This document shows, in pieces, positions 45,796-55,113 of a stretch of 55,113 bases of DNA (within the stretch, counting starts at the first letter, position 1; every line of letters begins with the position of its first letter). Under the pieces are notes generated by a model. It was not told the DNA's origin, made no database searches, and saw nothing but the letters and a program-made list of their open reading frames with translations. The position numbers and the translations under genes are program-made. This DNA comes from an uncultured Gammaproteobacteria bacterium (lineage in GTDB: Bacteria; Patescibacteriota; Patescibacteriia; UBA9934; GWF2-40-263): assembly GCA_964399675.1 (NCBI GenBank), contig CAYNRK010000007.1, forward strand, positions 1 through 55,113. The letters run 5' to 3'.

Positions 45796-47451
45796 ATGGA
45801 GAAGCCAAAAATCGATCTTCTGAAAAAGAAATATGAATTGCACACGCCGAAAAAATCGCCGTTTGTTTTTTTTGGAAAGCCGCTTATTATTGGAATTGTA
45901 ATTGCTGCAACAGTTGGAACTATTTTTTCTTATCAAGTCAATTCAACACAAGAATTCAACACAACCCCGGAAGAAACCGGATCTTTTTTTTCAACCATTA
46001 AAAGACTTGTTCAATCAAACGATCGAGCCTTGGCAGGCGAAGATGACGGCCGGGTTAATTTTCTTTTAATGGGAATTGGTGGCAAAGGTCATGAAGGGCC
46101 ACAACTTACTGACACAATGCTCTTTGCAAGCTTTAAGCCGTCAGAAGGAAATATCGGCCTTATGTCTTTGCCTCGAGACCTGAGTGCTCCAATCCCAGGT
46201 TATGGTTATAAAAAAATCAATCATGCAAATGCATATGGTGAGGTGGCAAAAGAAGACGGCGGACCCATTCTTGCCTCTCGTGTGGTTGGTGATGTATTGG
46301 ATCAAGATGTTCATTATTACGTACGAGTTGACTTTGATGGTTTTGCGCAACTGGTAGACGCGATTAATGGTTTGGATGTTTATGTTGAAAGATCGTTCAC
46401 AGATTTAGAATATCCAACACTTGGAAAAGAATTGGCAGAGTGTGGAGAGGTCCGAGAGGTTGAAGAGGTCCGAGAGGAGGGAGAGGATGGTTTTAGTTTA
46501 AAGAAGTTGTTTGGGGTTGATGAAGAGGTGGGAGAGGTAGCCCCAGACTTTAGTCTGGGCGAAGAAGTCGAAGAGGTTGCAACAGTAGCTCCACAAGATT
46601 ACAGTTGTCGATTTGAAGTACTCAATTTCCAAGAAGGTTGGACTCACATGGATGGTGACACAGCGCTTAAATTTGTACGCTCAAGACATGGAAACAATGG
46701 AGAGGGATCAGACTTTGCGCGCTCAGCCAGACAACAAAAAATCTTGCTTGCTGTAAAAGACAAAGTCTTCTCAGCTTCAACGCTTTTGAATCCATCACGT
46801 ATTAACAAGATTCTTAACACGCTTGATGAAAACATCTCAACTAATTTGTCAGTGTGGCAAATTGTACGGCTGGCAAAAGAACTTAAAGAACTTGATACAA
46901 CTAATATCACCCATCATGTGATTGATGGTTCAGAGACCTCCCCTGTTTTCGCAACAGTACTAAACGGTGAATATGTTCTCCTTCCAAAAAACGATGATTG
47001 GACACCGCTTCAATCTATTGCTGAGCAAATCTTTGTTCCTGCTGAAGATCAAAGGCGCGTGTTTGCAAGTAACTCAGATGAAAAGCCTAGATTTGTAAAA
47101 ATTGAAATTCAAAACGGGACAAATGTTACAGGCCTTGCGTTTCGAACTTCACAACTTCTAGACGGCTATGGATTTGAAGTATCAAAAATTGGCAATGCAG
47201 CAAGCCGTGGATATAAACACACAGTGATCTACGATCTTACAGATGGCCAACAACCAAAAGAACTTAAAGCCCTTCGAGATTTTCTAGGAGCAGAAGTTAC
47301 CTTGTCTGCAACCGGATGGCTTATAAGTGGCGACATTGTTCCACGCGAAATTTCTGTTTCATCTGACCAATACGAAAAACTTGCAACAGATAGAAACATT
47401 GACTTTTTGATCATTTTAGGTGAGAATTCGTCAAACTTGGCTAGAAGATAA
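45796..47451 (+). CDS. LCP (LytR-CpsA-Psr) family protein with LytR_C domain
   Basis: NFLLMG, LTDTM, SLPRDL, KINHA, ALKFVRSR, SDFARSARQQ, IEIQNGT..GLA. Confidence 0.92.
   Translation: MEKPKIDLLKKKYELHTPKKSPFVFFGKPLIIGIVIAATVGTIFSYQVNSTQEFNTTPEETGSFFSTIKRLVQSNDRALAGEDDGRVNFLLMGIGGKGHEGPQLTDTMLFASFKPSEGNIGLMSLPRDLSAPIPGYGYKKINHANAYGEVAKEDGGPILASRVVGDVLDQDVHYYVRVDFDGFAQLVDAINGLDVYVERSFTDLEYPTLGKELAECGEVREVEEVREEGEDGFSLKKLFGVDEEVGEVAPDFSLGEEVEEVATVAPQDYSCRFEVLNFQEGWTHMDGDTALKFVRSRHGNNGEGSDFARSARQQKILLAVKDKVFSASTLLNPSRINKILNTLDENISTNLSVWQIVRLAKELKELDTTNITHHVIDGSETSPVFATVLNGEYVLLPKNDDWTPLQSIAEQIFVPAEDQRRVFASNSDEKPRFVKIEIQNGTNVTGLAFRTSQLLDGYGFEVSKIGNAASRGYKHTVIYDLTDGQQPKELKALRDFLGAEVTLSATGWLISGDIVPREISVSSDQYEKLATDRNIDFLIILGENSSNLARR
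46537..46560 (+). repeat. GTAG-type REP palindrome, in-frame inside the LCP gene
   Basis: GTAGCCCCAGACTTTAGTCTGGGC, identical to the 26358-26381 copy. Confidence 0.8.
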
Positions 47452-47460
47452 ATACCCCCG

Positions 47461-47584
47461 CGTCTTTGCGAGGAGGCCGCTAGGCCGACGACGTAAAGTC
47501 GCGTGGCGACCACGTCGCTTTACGCGAAGCAATCTCCGTATACGGAGATTGCTTCGGCCAGTTCAACTTGGCCTCGCAACGACG
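47461..47584. repeat. REP-like doublet carrying a nested 34-bp palindrome
   Basis: cgtctttgcgagg...gaagcaatctccg / cggagattgcttcg...cctcgcaacgacg. Confidence 0.8.
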
Positions 47585-47600
47585 CAAATAGAATTTTTTT

Positions 47601-48968
47601 GTGGAAATAAAAAAAATCCCAACAATCGCTCTTGTTGGTAGAACAAATGTTGGAAAATCTACATTGTTCAATCGACTTATAGAACAACCCAAGGCCTTGG
47701 TATCCAAGGTTCATGGCACAACTCGCGACCGAAATGAAGGCGAGTGTCTTTGGCGTGGTAAGCAAATCCGCATTGTGGATACCGGCGGAATAGACGTGGA
47801 TCCTAATGATGAAATTGATGCCAAAACACTTTCACAAGCAATGCAGGGTATTGAAAAGGCGGATGTAATTCTTTTTTTGCTGGACATGAAATCCGGCCCG
47901 CTCCCACAAGATCACGATATTGCCAAAATGTTACGAGATCTTGATAAACCTGTTTTGGTTATTGCAAATAAAACCGAACGTGCCTCAGAAAGAAATCGTG
48001 TTCTGGAACCACAGTGGAGACTTGAAGGTCTTCCATCGCCATTTCCAATTTCTTCCATTCGTGGAACAGGCGTCGGCGACATGCTCGATCTTATTTACGA
48101 TACTCTTAACGATCTTGGTGTTTCCCCGGTTGAACCTTATGAAATTGACGCCCTCAAAATCGCTGTAATTGGAAAACCAAATGTTGGAAAATCTTCAATC
48201 TTAAACGAGATAATGGGTGAAGAGCGATTCATCACAAGCCCGATTGCACACACAACACGCGAACCAAACGACACATTGATTGAAATTGATGACAAAAAAT
48301 ATTTGTTCATTGACACAGCAGGAATGCGCAAACGTTCAAAAGTAAAAAGAACCGGAGGACTTGAAGCGCAGGCTGTGCGTCGAAGTGAAAAAATGGTTCA
48401 AAAAGCCGATATCACATTATTTGTAATCGATGCAAATGAACCAATTGGAACTCAGGAAAGAACACTGGCGGGTTTTTTAAAAAAGTCAGATTCCGGAATT
48501 ATAGCAATGGTTAACAAGTGGGATTTGGTTAAAGACAAAACAACAGGCACAATGAATCAATACAGAGATTACATTGCTGCACATCTTCCCTTTTTGAAAT
48601 GGGCACCTGTAATGTTTGTCTCAGCACTAACAGGACAAAGAATTAAAAACGTGTTTGAATGGATTGAAAAAGTGGAAAAGCACAGAACACGACAATTTAG
48701 TGAAGAAGAGCTTTCTGATTTTATTCAACTTGCCGCATACAAACACAAACCAACCAAAGGCAAAGGTCCAAAGCCACCAAAAATTCTTGGGCTTACGCAA
48801 ACATCTACAAAACCACCAACGTTTGATTTAACCATCAAAGCAAAACGAACAGATGTTTTGCACCCAAGTTATGTCAGCTATCTACAAAACCGAATGCGCG
48901 AACACTTTGGACTCATTGGCACACCTATTCACATCCATGTCCGAACAGCTTCGTCTGTTAGCAAATAA
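47601..48968 (+). CDS. der: ribosome biogenesis GTPase Der (EngA)
   Basis: tandem G domains GRTNVGKST/DTGG/NKTE and GKPNVGKSS/DTAG/NKWD, plus KH-like tail. Confidence 0.96.
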   Translation: MEIKKIPTIALVGRTNVGKSTLFNRLIEQPKALVSKVHGTTRDRNEGECLWRGKQIRIVDTGGIDVDPNDEIDAKTLSQAMQGIEKADVILFLLDMKSGPLPQDHDIAKMLRDLDKPVLVIANKTERASERNRVLEPQWRLEGLPSPFPISSIRGTGVGDMLDLIYDTLNDLGVSPVEPYEIDALKIAVIGKPNVGKSSILNEIMGEERFITSPIAHTTREPNDTLIEIDDKKYLFIDTAGMRKRSKVKRTGGLEAQAVRRSEKMVQKADITLFVIDANEPIGTQERTLAGFLKKSDSGIIAMVNKWDLVKDKTTGTMNQYRDYIAAHLPFLKWAPVMFVSALTGQRIKNVFEWIEKVEKHRTRQFSEEELSDFIQLAAYKHKPTKGKGPKPPKILGLTQTSTKPPTFDLTIKAKRTDVLHPSYVSYLQNRMREHFGLIGTPIHIHVRTASSVSK

Positions 48969-48983
48969 TTTCACTCACATCGT

Positions 48984-49170
48984 GTCATTGCGAGGAGCGA
49001 AGCGACGAAGCAATCTCCGTGCAGCTATTTTGCTCTGTCATCTCGACTAAGTGAGCAAAGCGAGCGCACGGAGAGATCTCGCATATTCGAGATCCCTCCG
49101 CTCGCTTCGCTCGGTCGGGATGACATAACAACACGGGGGCTGCTTCGTCGCTTCGCTCCTCGCAAAGACG
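48984..49170. repeat. nested REP-like doublets (outer GTCATTGCGAG family, inner 49036-49125)
   Basis: outer gtcattgcgaggagcgaagcgacgaagca / tgcttcgtcgcttcgctcctcgcaaagac; inner tgtcatctcgac / gtcgggatgaca. Confidence 0.8.
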
Positions 49171-49183
49171 CAAAAAAGAAAAT

Positions 49184-49714
49184 ATGAAACTAATTGTTGG
49201 TCTGGGCAATCCAGGAAAATCATACAAGCAAACGCGTCACAATATAGGATCTCTTGTGCTTGATTTTTTGGCTGAGCAAATGGAGGTTAAATTTAAAAAC
49301 AAACGTTCATTTGAATCATTGGTGGCAGAAGGCACGCTTGGTGAAGAGCGAGTTGTTTTGCTTAAACCACAAACTTTTATGAATGTGAGTGGAAGAGCTG
49401 TTTGTGCTGTAATGAAAAATAAACCAATTGAGCCAAAAGATGTTTTGGTGGTTTATGATGATGCGGATTTGCCGTTTGCTGATGTGCGAATAAAAACAGG
49501 CGGCTCATCAGCCGGACATAAAGGCGTGCAATCAATTATGGATTCTCTTGGTGCATCAGCTGAATTTTTCCGAGTTCGTGTTGGAATTGGCAGGCCAAAT
49601 CATCCGGATATTCAACTGGAAGATTTTGTCTTACAACCATGGACAAAACAAGAGGAGGAAAAATTAGATTCTGTAATTACTTCTGCTATCACAGAAATTA
49701 AAAACTGGTTATGA
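49184..49714 (+). CDS. pth: peptidyl-tRNA hydrolase
   Basis: LIVGLGNPG..Y..TRHNIG, KPQTFMN.SG, GHKG, RVRVGIGRP. Confidence 0.96.
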   Translation: MKLIVGLGNPGKSYKQTRHNIGSLVLDFLAEQMEVKFKNKRSFESLVAEGTLGEERVVLLKPQTFMNVSGRAVCAVMKNKPIEPKDVLVVYDDADLPFADVRIKTGGSSAGHKGVQSIMDSLGASAEFFRVRVGIGRPNHPDIQLEDFVLQPWTKQEEEKLDSVITSAITEIKNWL

Positions 49715-50790
49715 ATGATCTGGGAGCATGGATCGGACTTGTTAGATTTCAAAAGTTTGGACCAAAAGGATTGGCGCGTCTTGCGTTACGTTTTTCTGAC
49801 ATGAACCAAGCATTCGAAGCTTCGGCTTCGGATTTTTTAGATGTTGGTATTAAACCGGAAATTGCAAATCGTTTTTTACAAGAGCGGGCTCATATTGATC
49901 GAGATCGTGAATCCGAACTGGTTCAAAAACATAACATCAGTGTAATCACCATTAATGATGAGCTCTATCCAAAATCTCTTAAAGAGATCTATGATCCTCC
50001 GGCTGTTCTTTTTGTTAAAGGAACACTCCCTTTATCTTCAAAAAAACATGTTGCTGTGGTTGGATCACGCAAAGCATCAGCATATGGCAGGCGTGTGGTT
50101 CAGGACCTGATTGGCCCACTTGCAAAAACAGATTCTGTAATTGTAAGCGGTTTGGCGTACGGCGTTGATTCAATGGCGCATGTCACAACAATTGAATCTA
50201 AGGGCACAACAGTTGCGGTATTGGGCTCAGGTCTTGATGATGACAATATTTATCCATCACAAAATAGAACTCTGGCCTCTCGCATTATTGCCTCTGGCGG
50301 AGCTATTATAAGTGAATTTCCAGTTGGAACACCGCCACTTGGTTATCATTTTCCAATGCGCAATCGAATAATTGCCGGGCTATGTGACTCCACAATAGTT
50401 GTTGAAGCTGCAAAAAAGTCCGGATCACTTATTACGGCCAGACTTGCTCTTGAACACAACCGCGATGTTTTTGCTGTTCCAGGCCCAATCCATGCACCTC
50501 TGAGCTTTGGTCCAAATCTGTTAATCAAAGACGGCGCAATCCCACTTACATGTGTTGAAGACTTGATCGGACAAACCCAACAGAAAAAAAGAAAAGAACA
50601 TACGTATGAACCATCAACCGAAGAAGAGAGTGTTATTTTTGATCTTCTTTCGTCTGTTCCAATGCATGTTGACGAGATCATTACACAATCAAAACTGCCT
50701 GCAACTAAAGTACTTCAGACCATCTCGCTTATGGAAATGAAAGGCGGAGCAGAGGACCAAGGGGGGCGTCATTTTATAAATGCAGCTTGA
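49711..50790 (+). CDS. dprA: DNA processing protein DprA
   Basis: AVVGSR, IVSGLAYGVD, FPMRNRIIAG, SGSLITA, VFAVPG. Confidence 0.96.
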   Translation: MNDLGAWIGLVRFQKFGPKGLARLALRFSDMNQAFEASASDFLDVGIKPEIANRFLQERAHIDRDRESELVQKHNISVITINDELYPKSLKEIYDPPAVLFVKGTLPLSSKKHVAVVGSRKASAYGRRVVQDLIGPLAKTDSVIVSGLAYGVDSMAHVTTIESKGTTVAVLGSGLDDDNIYPSQNRTLASRIIASGGAIISEFPVGTPPLGYHFPMRNRIIAGLCDSTIVVEAAKKSGSLITARLALEHNRDVFAVPGPIHAPLSFGPNLLIKDGAIPLTCVEDLIGQTQQKKRKEHTYEPSTEEESVIFDLLSSVPMHVDEIITQSKLPATKVLQTISLMEMKGGAEDQGGRHFINAA

Positions 50791-50822
50791 CGGATTATTT
50801 ACAATCGTTCATTATCAAAACC

Positions 50823-53123
50823 ATGTCAAAGAAACTTGTAATTGTTGAGTCACCAACAAAAGCAAAAACTATCACAAAATTTTTAAACGAGGATTATCAA
50901 ATCCTTTCCTCTTTTGGTCATGTAAGAGATTTGCCGAAAAGCCAGATTGGCGTTGATGTGGAAAATGATTTTGAACCAACCTACACTGTTCCAACTAAAA
51001 GCAAAAAGCATGTCACAGAACTTAAGCGCGCTGCAAAACAAGCAGATGAGGTTTTACTTGCAACTGATGAAGATCGCGAAGGTGAAGCAATAGCATGGCA
51101 TGTTGCAAGTCTTTTAAAAATAAAACCGGAAAAAATAAAAAGGATTGCGTTTCACGAAATCACTCGCCATGCAATTCTGAACGCTCTTGAAAGCCCTAGA
51201 GATTTGAACCAAAATCTTGTTGATGCTCAGCAAGCGCGTCGTATTTTAGACAGGCTTGTTGGATACGAACTCTCACCCTTTTTATGGCAAAAAGTAAGAA
51301 GAGGGTTGTCAGCAGGACGCGTTCAATCAGTGGCTGTAAGACTTATTGTTGAGCGTGAGCGTGAACGAATGGCATTTAATGTAGAAGAGTTTTGGACAGT
51401 TGATGCTGAATTTGAAAAACAAAACCTAGTCTTCCCTGCCAAGCTCACAACAGTGGATGGGAAAAAGTTGGAAAAGCTTGATATTAAAAATGAAAAAGAA
51501 GCCCACAAAATTGCAGAAGATCTTAAGGGTGCAGAAGCAAAAGTTCTTTCTATTAATAAAAAGCAGGTGAGCAAAGCGCCGCCAACACCTTACACAACCT
51601 CAACCTTGCAGATTGATGCTCACAACAAACTTTCAATGAGTGCAAAACAGATAATGGCTCTTGCGCAACAGCTTTATGAAACCGGGCGAATTACATACAT
51701 GCGCACGGATTCCATGAATCTTTCAGAAAAATTTCTCACTGAAGCGCAAAAGTATATTAAAGGAACTTTTGGCGAAAAATACACAGAAGGACCAAAACGA
51801 TATAAAACAAAAAAGAAAGGCGCACAAGAGGCTCATGAAGCTATCCGTCCAACCAGCGCATCAGTTGAACCCGAATCATTAAAAGGAACGCTTGATGACA
51901 GGCAGTGGAAAATTTACAACTTGATTTGGCAACGAAGCATTGCTTCCCAAATGCCTGCTGCAAAACTTGATCGCACTGGAATTGATCTTAAAGCAAAACA
52001 ATATGTTTTCCGCGCAAACGGTAGCACCATTTCGTTTGATGGATTCATGAAAGTTTATCACTCAGCAAAAGAAAAAATCTTACCTGAACTTAAAGAAGGT
52101 GACGATGTTAAAACAAAATCAATCACACCAAATCAACACTTTACTGAACCACCTGCCCGCTATTCAGATGCCAGTCTTGTAAAAGTGCTTGAAGAGCACG
52201 AGATTGGTCGACCATCAACTTATGCACCAACCATTAGCACAATTATTGATCGTGAATATGTTGAGCGTGATGATAATAAAAAACTGGCTCCAACAGACAT
52301 TGCAATGATTGTGAATGATTTACTTGTTGATCATTTCAAAAACGTTGTTGATTACGAGTTTACTGCAAACCTTGAAAAACAACTTGATGATATTGCAGAA
52401 GGCTCAATTGAATGGGCTCCAATGCTTAAAGCTTTTTACAAACCGTTTCACGACAATCTTGAAGTGAAAACAAAAGAGCTTGATCGGGAAGATATTATGC
52501 CGGATAGGCATTTGGGAGAGGATCCAAAAACTAAACTTCCGGTAATTGTTCGGTCCGGACGATTTGGAGGATATGTACAATTAGGTGAATGGCCGGAAGA
52601 AGATCGAAAAGCAAAAATCAATAAACCAAAAAGTGCGTCCTTGCTCAAAGGCATGCACATTGAATCTGTTACTCTTGAGCAAGCACTTAGCTGTCTTGTC
52701 TTTCCAAAATCTCTTGGCAAAAATGAATCCAATGATGAGATCATGGTGGCCATTGGTCGATTTGGACCTTATATAAAAGCCGGAGAAGTTACTGCATCCA
52801 TAAAAGAACCTCTCAGTCCTGCAACAATTACAAAAGAAGAAGCAATTGAACTTTTAAAAACTTCCGCAGAGCTGAAAAAGAAAATGGCCACACCAATTAA
52901 AGAGTTTGGAAATGATCCAGAAAGCGGAGAACAGATTTTGATAAAACACGGCAGGTATGGCCCATACATTACTGATGGAACAACAAACGCTTCTCTTGGG
53001 AAAAAACTTGAACCAGAAGAAGTAACAGAAGAGATAGCAATTGAAATGCTAAAAAAGAAACGAGAAAAAGGTCCGGGACGAGGAGCTAAGAAAAAGACTA
53101 AAGCAAAAACAAAAGAAAAATAA
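50823..53123 (+). CDS. topA: DNA topoisomerase I
   Basis: LVIVESPTKAKTI, ATDEDREGE, SAGRVQS, ITYMRTDS, GRPSTYA, C-terminal GRFGPY repeats. Confidence 0.97.
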   Translation: MSKKLVIVESPTKAKTITKFLNEDYQILSSFGHVRDLPKSQIGVDVENDFEPTYTVPTKSKKHVTELKRAAKQADEVLLATDEDREGEAIAWHVASLLKIKPEKIKRIAFHEITRHAILNALESPRDLNQNLVDAQQARRILDRLVGYELSPFLWQKVRRGLSAGRVQSVAVRLIVERERERMAFNVEEFWTVDAEFEKQNLVFPAKLTTVDGKKLEKLDIKNEKEAHKIAEDLKGAEAKVLSINKKQVSKAPPTPYTTSTLQIDAHNKLSMSAKQIMALAQQLYETGRITYMRTDSMNLSEKFLTEAQKYIKGTFGEKYTEGPKRYKTKKKGAQEAHEAIRPTSASVEPESLKGTLDDRQWKIYNLIWQRSIASQMPAAKLDRTGIDLKAKQYVFRANGSTISFDGFMKVYHSAKEKILPELKEGDDVKTKSITPNQHFTEPPARYSDASLVKVLEEHEIGRPSTYAPTISTIIDREYVERDDNKKLAPTDIAMIVNDLLVDHFKNVVDYEFTANLEKQLDDIAEGSIEWAPMLKAFYKPFHDNLEVKTKELDREDIMPDRHLGEDPKTKLPVIVRSGRFGGYVQLGEWPEEDRKAKINKPKSASLLKGMHIESVTLEQALSCLVFPKSLGKNESNDEIMVAIGRFGPYIKAGEVTASIKEPLSPATITKEEAIELLKTSAELKKKMATPIKEFGNDPESGEQILIKHGRYGPYITDGTTNASLGKKLEPEEVTEEIAIEMLKKKREKGPGRGAKKKTKAKTKEK

Positions 53124-53134
53124 AAACGGGCTTA

Positions 53135-53234
53135 AGAGGCTGTCCCATTACTCCAAATTTTGATGATTTTTGAAAATTTTATCGTTTACCTCAGCGACGA
53201 GAATTTTAGAAAATTGAGTTTTGGGACAGCCTCT
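53135..53234. mobile_element. 100-bp MITE with IS1182-like ends
   Basis: TIR agaggctgtccca / tgggacagcctct, TTA direct repeats, inside an aaaaacgg...ccgttttt hairpin. Confidence 0.75.
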
Positions 53235-53250
53235 TTAGGCCGTTTTTTTA

Positions 53251-54537
53251 CTATGCCGCTGCTTCTTCTTCTGCAGCTTGAACTGCTTGTTCCTGCCTTT
53301 CTACTAATTCCTTTGCTTGTTTGAAAATTGGATGATCATCCTCAATCTCCAATTGTCCTATAGTTACATTAAGATTATATAATTCTGTTTCAAACCCTGA
53401 TCTTTCGCGTTGATAACGTCTATTGGTTTCCCTTGTTCTTTCATTTGCTCTGTCTAATTCATTAATAATTGGACCCAATCTTCCATTCAAAGCCTCTACA
53501 AGTTTGGTAGATTTTGCTGCGCTTTCTTGTTTTTGATCAATACCCTCTTGAAGTTTCTTCTGGGCTACAACAAGTTCTTTTTGCAAACTCTCAACTTCTT
53601 TTCTTTCTTTTGTTAATACGTCAAGCTTGTCTTCTGTTCCTTTTTTTCGTGCTTCCCAATCTTTTAGTTTTTGTCCTTTGCCAATCAAAGCCTTTTTTGG
53701 TTTATCTTTTTCCATGGACACAATATCAGCTTTTTTGGCTTCAATCTCTTTATCAATATCTTCAAAAACTTCTCCGTCAATCACTTGTTCAACAATGTAT
53801 CTTTTACCTCTAGGACCAGGGCGGTCATATCCTTTTTGTAATAAATGTTCGCTTTGTCTCTCCACTGCTTCACGAGACAAACGAGTGTTTTCAGTGCGTT
53901 CGCCGCGTGCTCTTTCAACAGCGTTTGATAAAAGGGCTTGGAGATTTCCTTCTGCCTCACTTGAAATTGTTAAAGCTGGTTTTTGTTCTGATAAATCTTC
54001 ATCATCAATTTCTCTAACGGTTGTATCAAGCGCTTCTGATATTTCTGTAATTAGTGCTTCAATTTCTGCAATCTCTTCTTTTTCTTTATCTCCCATTTCT
54101 TGAAGCCGATACTCTACTAATTGCACACTTTCCTCGATAGCAGCAACCGCGTCGTCTTTTCGATTATCAAGAGCTGCTTTTTCAGCTGCCAAAGAAAGAA
54201 GTCTTGCCTCTATTGGTCTAAGTCGCGACATGGCGTCTTGAAGTCTTAACCTCAAATTTAACACTGTTCCATCTAATTCACCGCATTGCTTCTTAATCGC
54301 CTTATCATCTCCTGCAAGTTCTTTTAAGCGACTAAGTTTTTCAGATACAATATCCAACTCTTGTTGCATTCTTTCAACATCTGTTCTTTGTCTATCATAT
54401 TGTGGATACAACTCTTCCATGGTTTCTAATAAATACTCTCTTCTTTTGCCAAGATCCTTAGCTAATTCAGTATCGCGCGTAATTTCTGTTTCATGGCGTT
54501 CTGGTTTTTCAACCCTTGTTTTTGGTTCTGCTGACAT
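53251..54537 (-). CDS. hypothetical long coiled-coil protein
   Basis: 428 aa, E/K/R/L-rich heptads, no motif recognised. Confidence 0.7.
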   Translation of the reverse strand: MSAEPKTRVEKPERHETEITRDTELAKDLGKRREYLLETMEELYPQYDRQRTDVERMQQELDIVSEKLSRLKELAGDDKAIKKQCGELDGTVLNLRLRLQDAMSRLRPIEARLLSLAAEKAALDNRKDDAVAAIEESVQLVEYRLQEMGDKEKEEIAEIEALITEISEALDTTVREIDDEDLSEQKPALTISSEAEGNLQALLSNAVERARGERTENTRLSREAVERQSEHLLQKGYDRPGPRGKRYIVEQVIDGEVFEDIDKEIEAKKADIVSMEKDKPKKALIGKGQKLKDWEARKKGTEDKLDVLTKERKEVESLQKELVVAQKKLQEGIDQKQESAAKSTKLVEALNGRLGPIINELDRANERTRETNRRYQRERSGFETELYNLNVTIGQLEIEDDHPIFKQAKELVERQEQAVQAAEEEAAA

Positions 54538-54607
54538 AGTTTTTATTGAAAAAAATTGTTATACTAATAAAAAGATTATACCAATTACTAATATAATGGC
54601 AAATTTT

Positions 54608-54826
54608 ATGGCAATTAAAATCACAAAGGCTCGACATAAAAAAAACGTGGAAAAAGTCAAAAAAGAACTGGAAGAACTTGAAAAAAATCTTAAAGAAGCA
54701 ATGAAAATTAAAACAACACTTCTTAAAAAAATCACAGAAGTTGAAAAAAAGATTTTAGAGAGCAAGAAAAAGAAGGAAAAAGAAAAAGTCAAAAAAGCTC
54801 GAGCAAAAGCAAAAAAGAAAAAATAG
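54608..54826 (+). CDS. small Lys-rich coiled-coil protein
   Basis: ATG 10 nt after TATAAT (54592-97); 72 aa. Confidence 0.5.
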   Translation: MAIKITKARHKKNVEKVKKELEELEKNLKEAMKIKTTLLKKITEVEKKILESKKKKEKEKVKKARAKAKKKK

Positions 54827-54847
54827 CTTTTAAAAACACCTGGTAAG

Positions 54848-55065
54848 AGAGGCTGTCCCAAAACTAAAAACACTCTCACTCAATGTGAGAGTGTTTTGGT
54901 ATAATGTAGGTAATAACAGTGATATTTTCTATGAATTTCAAAACCCACAATCGTTCTCAAAACATACTTCTTCCACCTAACTACTCTTCATTTCTCGGTG
55001 AATCTCATGAAGCTGTTGTTCTTGCAGAACTTCTGGATGAATTAGATCTTTCATCTTTGAGTTAA
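54848..55065 (+). mobile_element. IS1182-family left end with truncated transposase (54931-55065)
   Basis: agaggctgtcccaaaact is an 18-bp match to the MITE end; MNFKTHNRSQNILLPP...HEAVVLAELLDELDLS* resembles IS1182 N-termini. Confidence 0.7.
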
Positions 55066-55113
55066 TAGACATTTAAAGTTGGTAAATCTTCCGCTTCTCT
55101 TCTAAAGTTAGCG

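Noticed and set aside
55062-55113. 3' end of a minus-strand ORF (...ANFRREAEDLPTLNVY*)
   Set aside because: Only about 16 codons lie inside the window; cannot be supported or assigned.

Overview
Chromosomal segment of a bacterium that looks like Patescibacteria/CPR, probably Parcubacteria/ABY1-like. This is inferred from gene content: a giant pilin-anchored Cys-rich surface protein, ybeY-ftsA-ftsZ, rpsU-yqeY-hisS-lepB and der-pth-dprA-topA. Housekeeping blocks flank a ~15.6 kb defence island with no integrase (7.1-22.7 kb) between ftsZ and nrdR. It holds a Type I RM system, a Type II Eco47II-like RM system, two Fic/Doc TA pairs, a PIN TA pair, a protease, DUF4145, Bro-N and a MerR-HATPase/STAS pair. 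The most striking structure is in this island: successive cassettes are separated by truncated, divergent copies of the 5' end of the downstream anchor gene. There are 3 copies for a PD-(D/E)XK nuclease and 2 for hsdR, and they are polarised in similarity, suggesting ordered cassette accretion by recombination at gene starts. The window also contains a surface-protein operon (26.3-42.8 kb, including a 3518-aa protein), tRNA-Asp, several REP-like palindrome families (one inserted in-frame inside three proteins, one nested inside other repeats), 10-bp periodic inverted arrays and IS1182-type remnants. All calls are from motif recognition by eye; no database searches were run.
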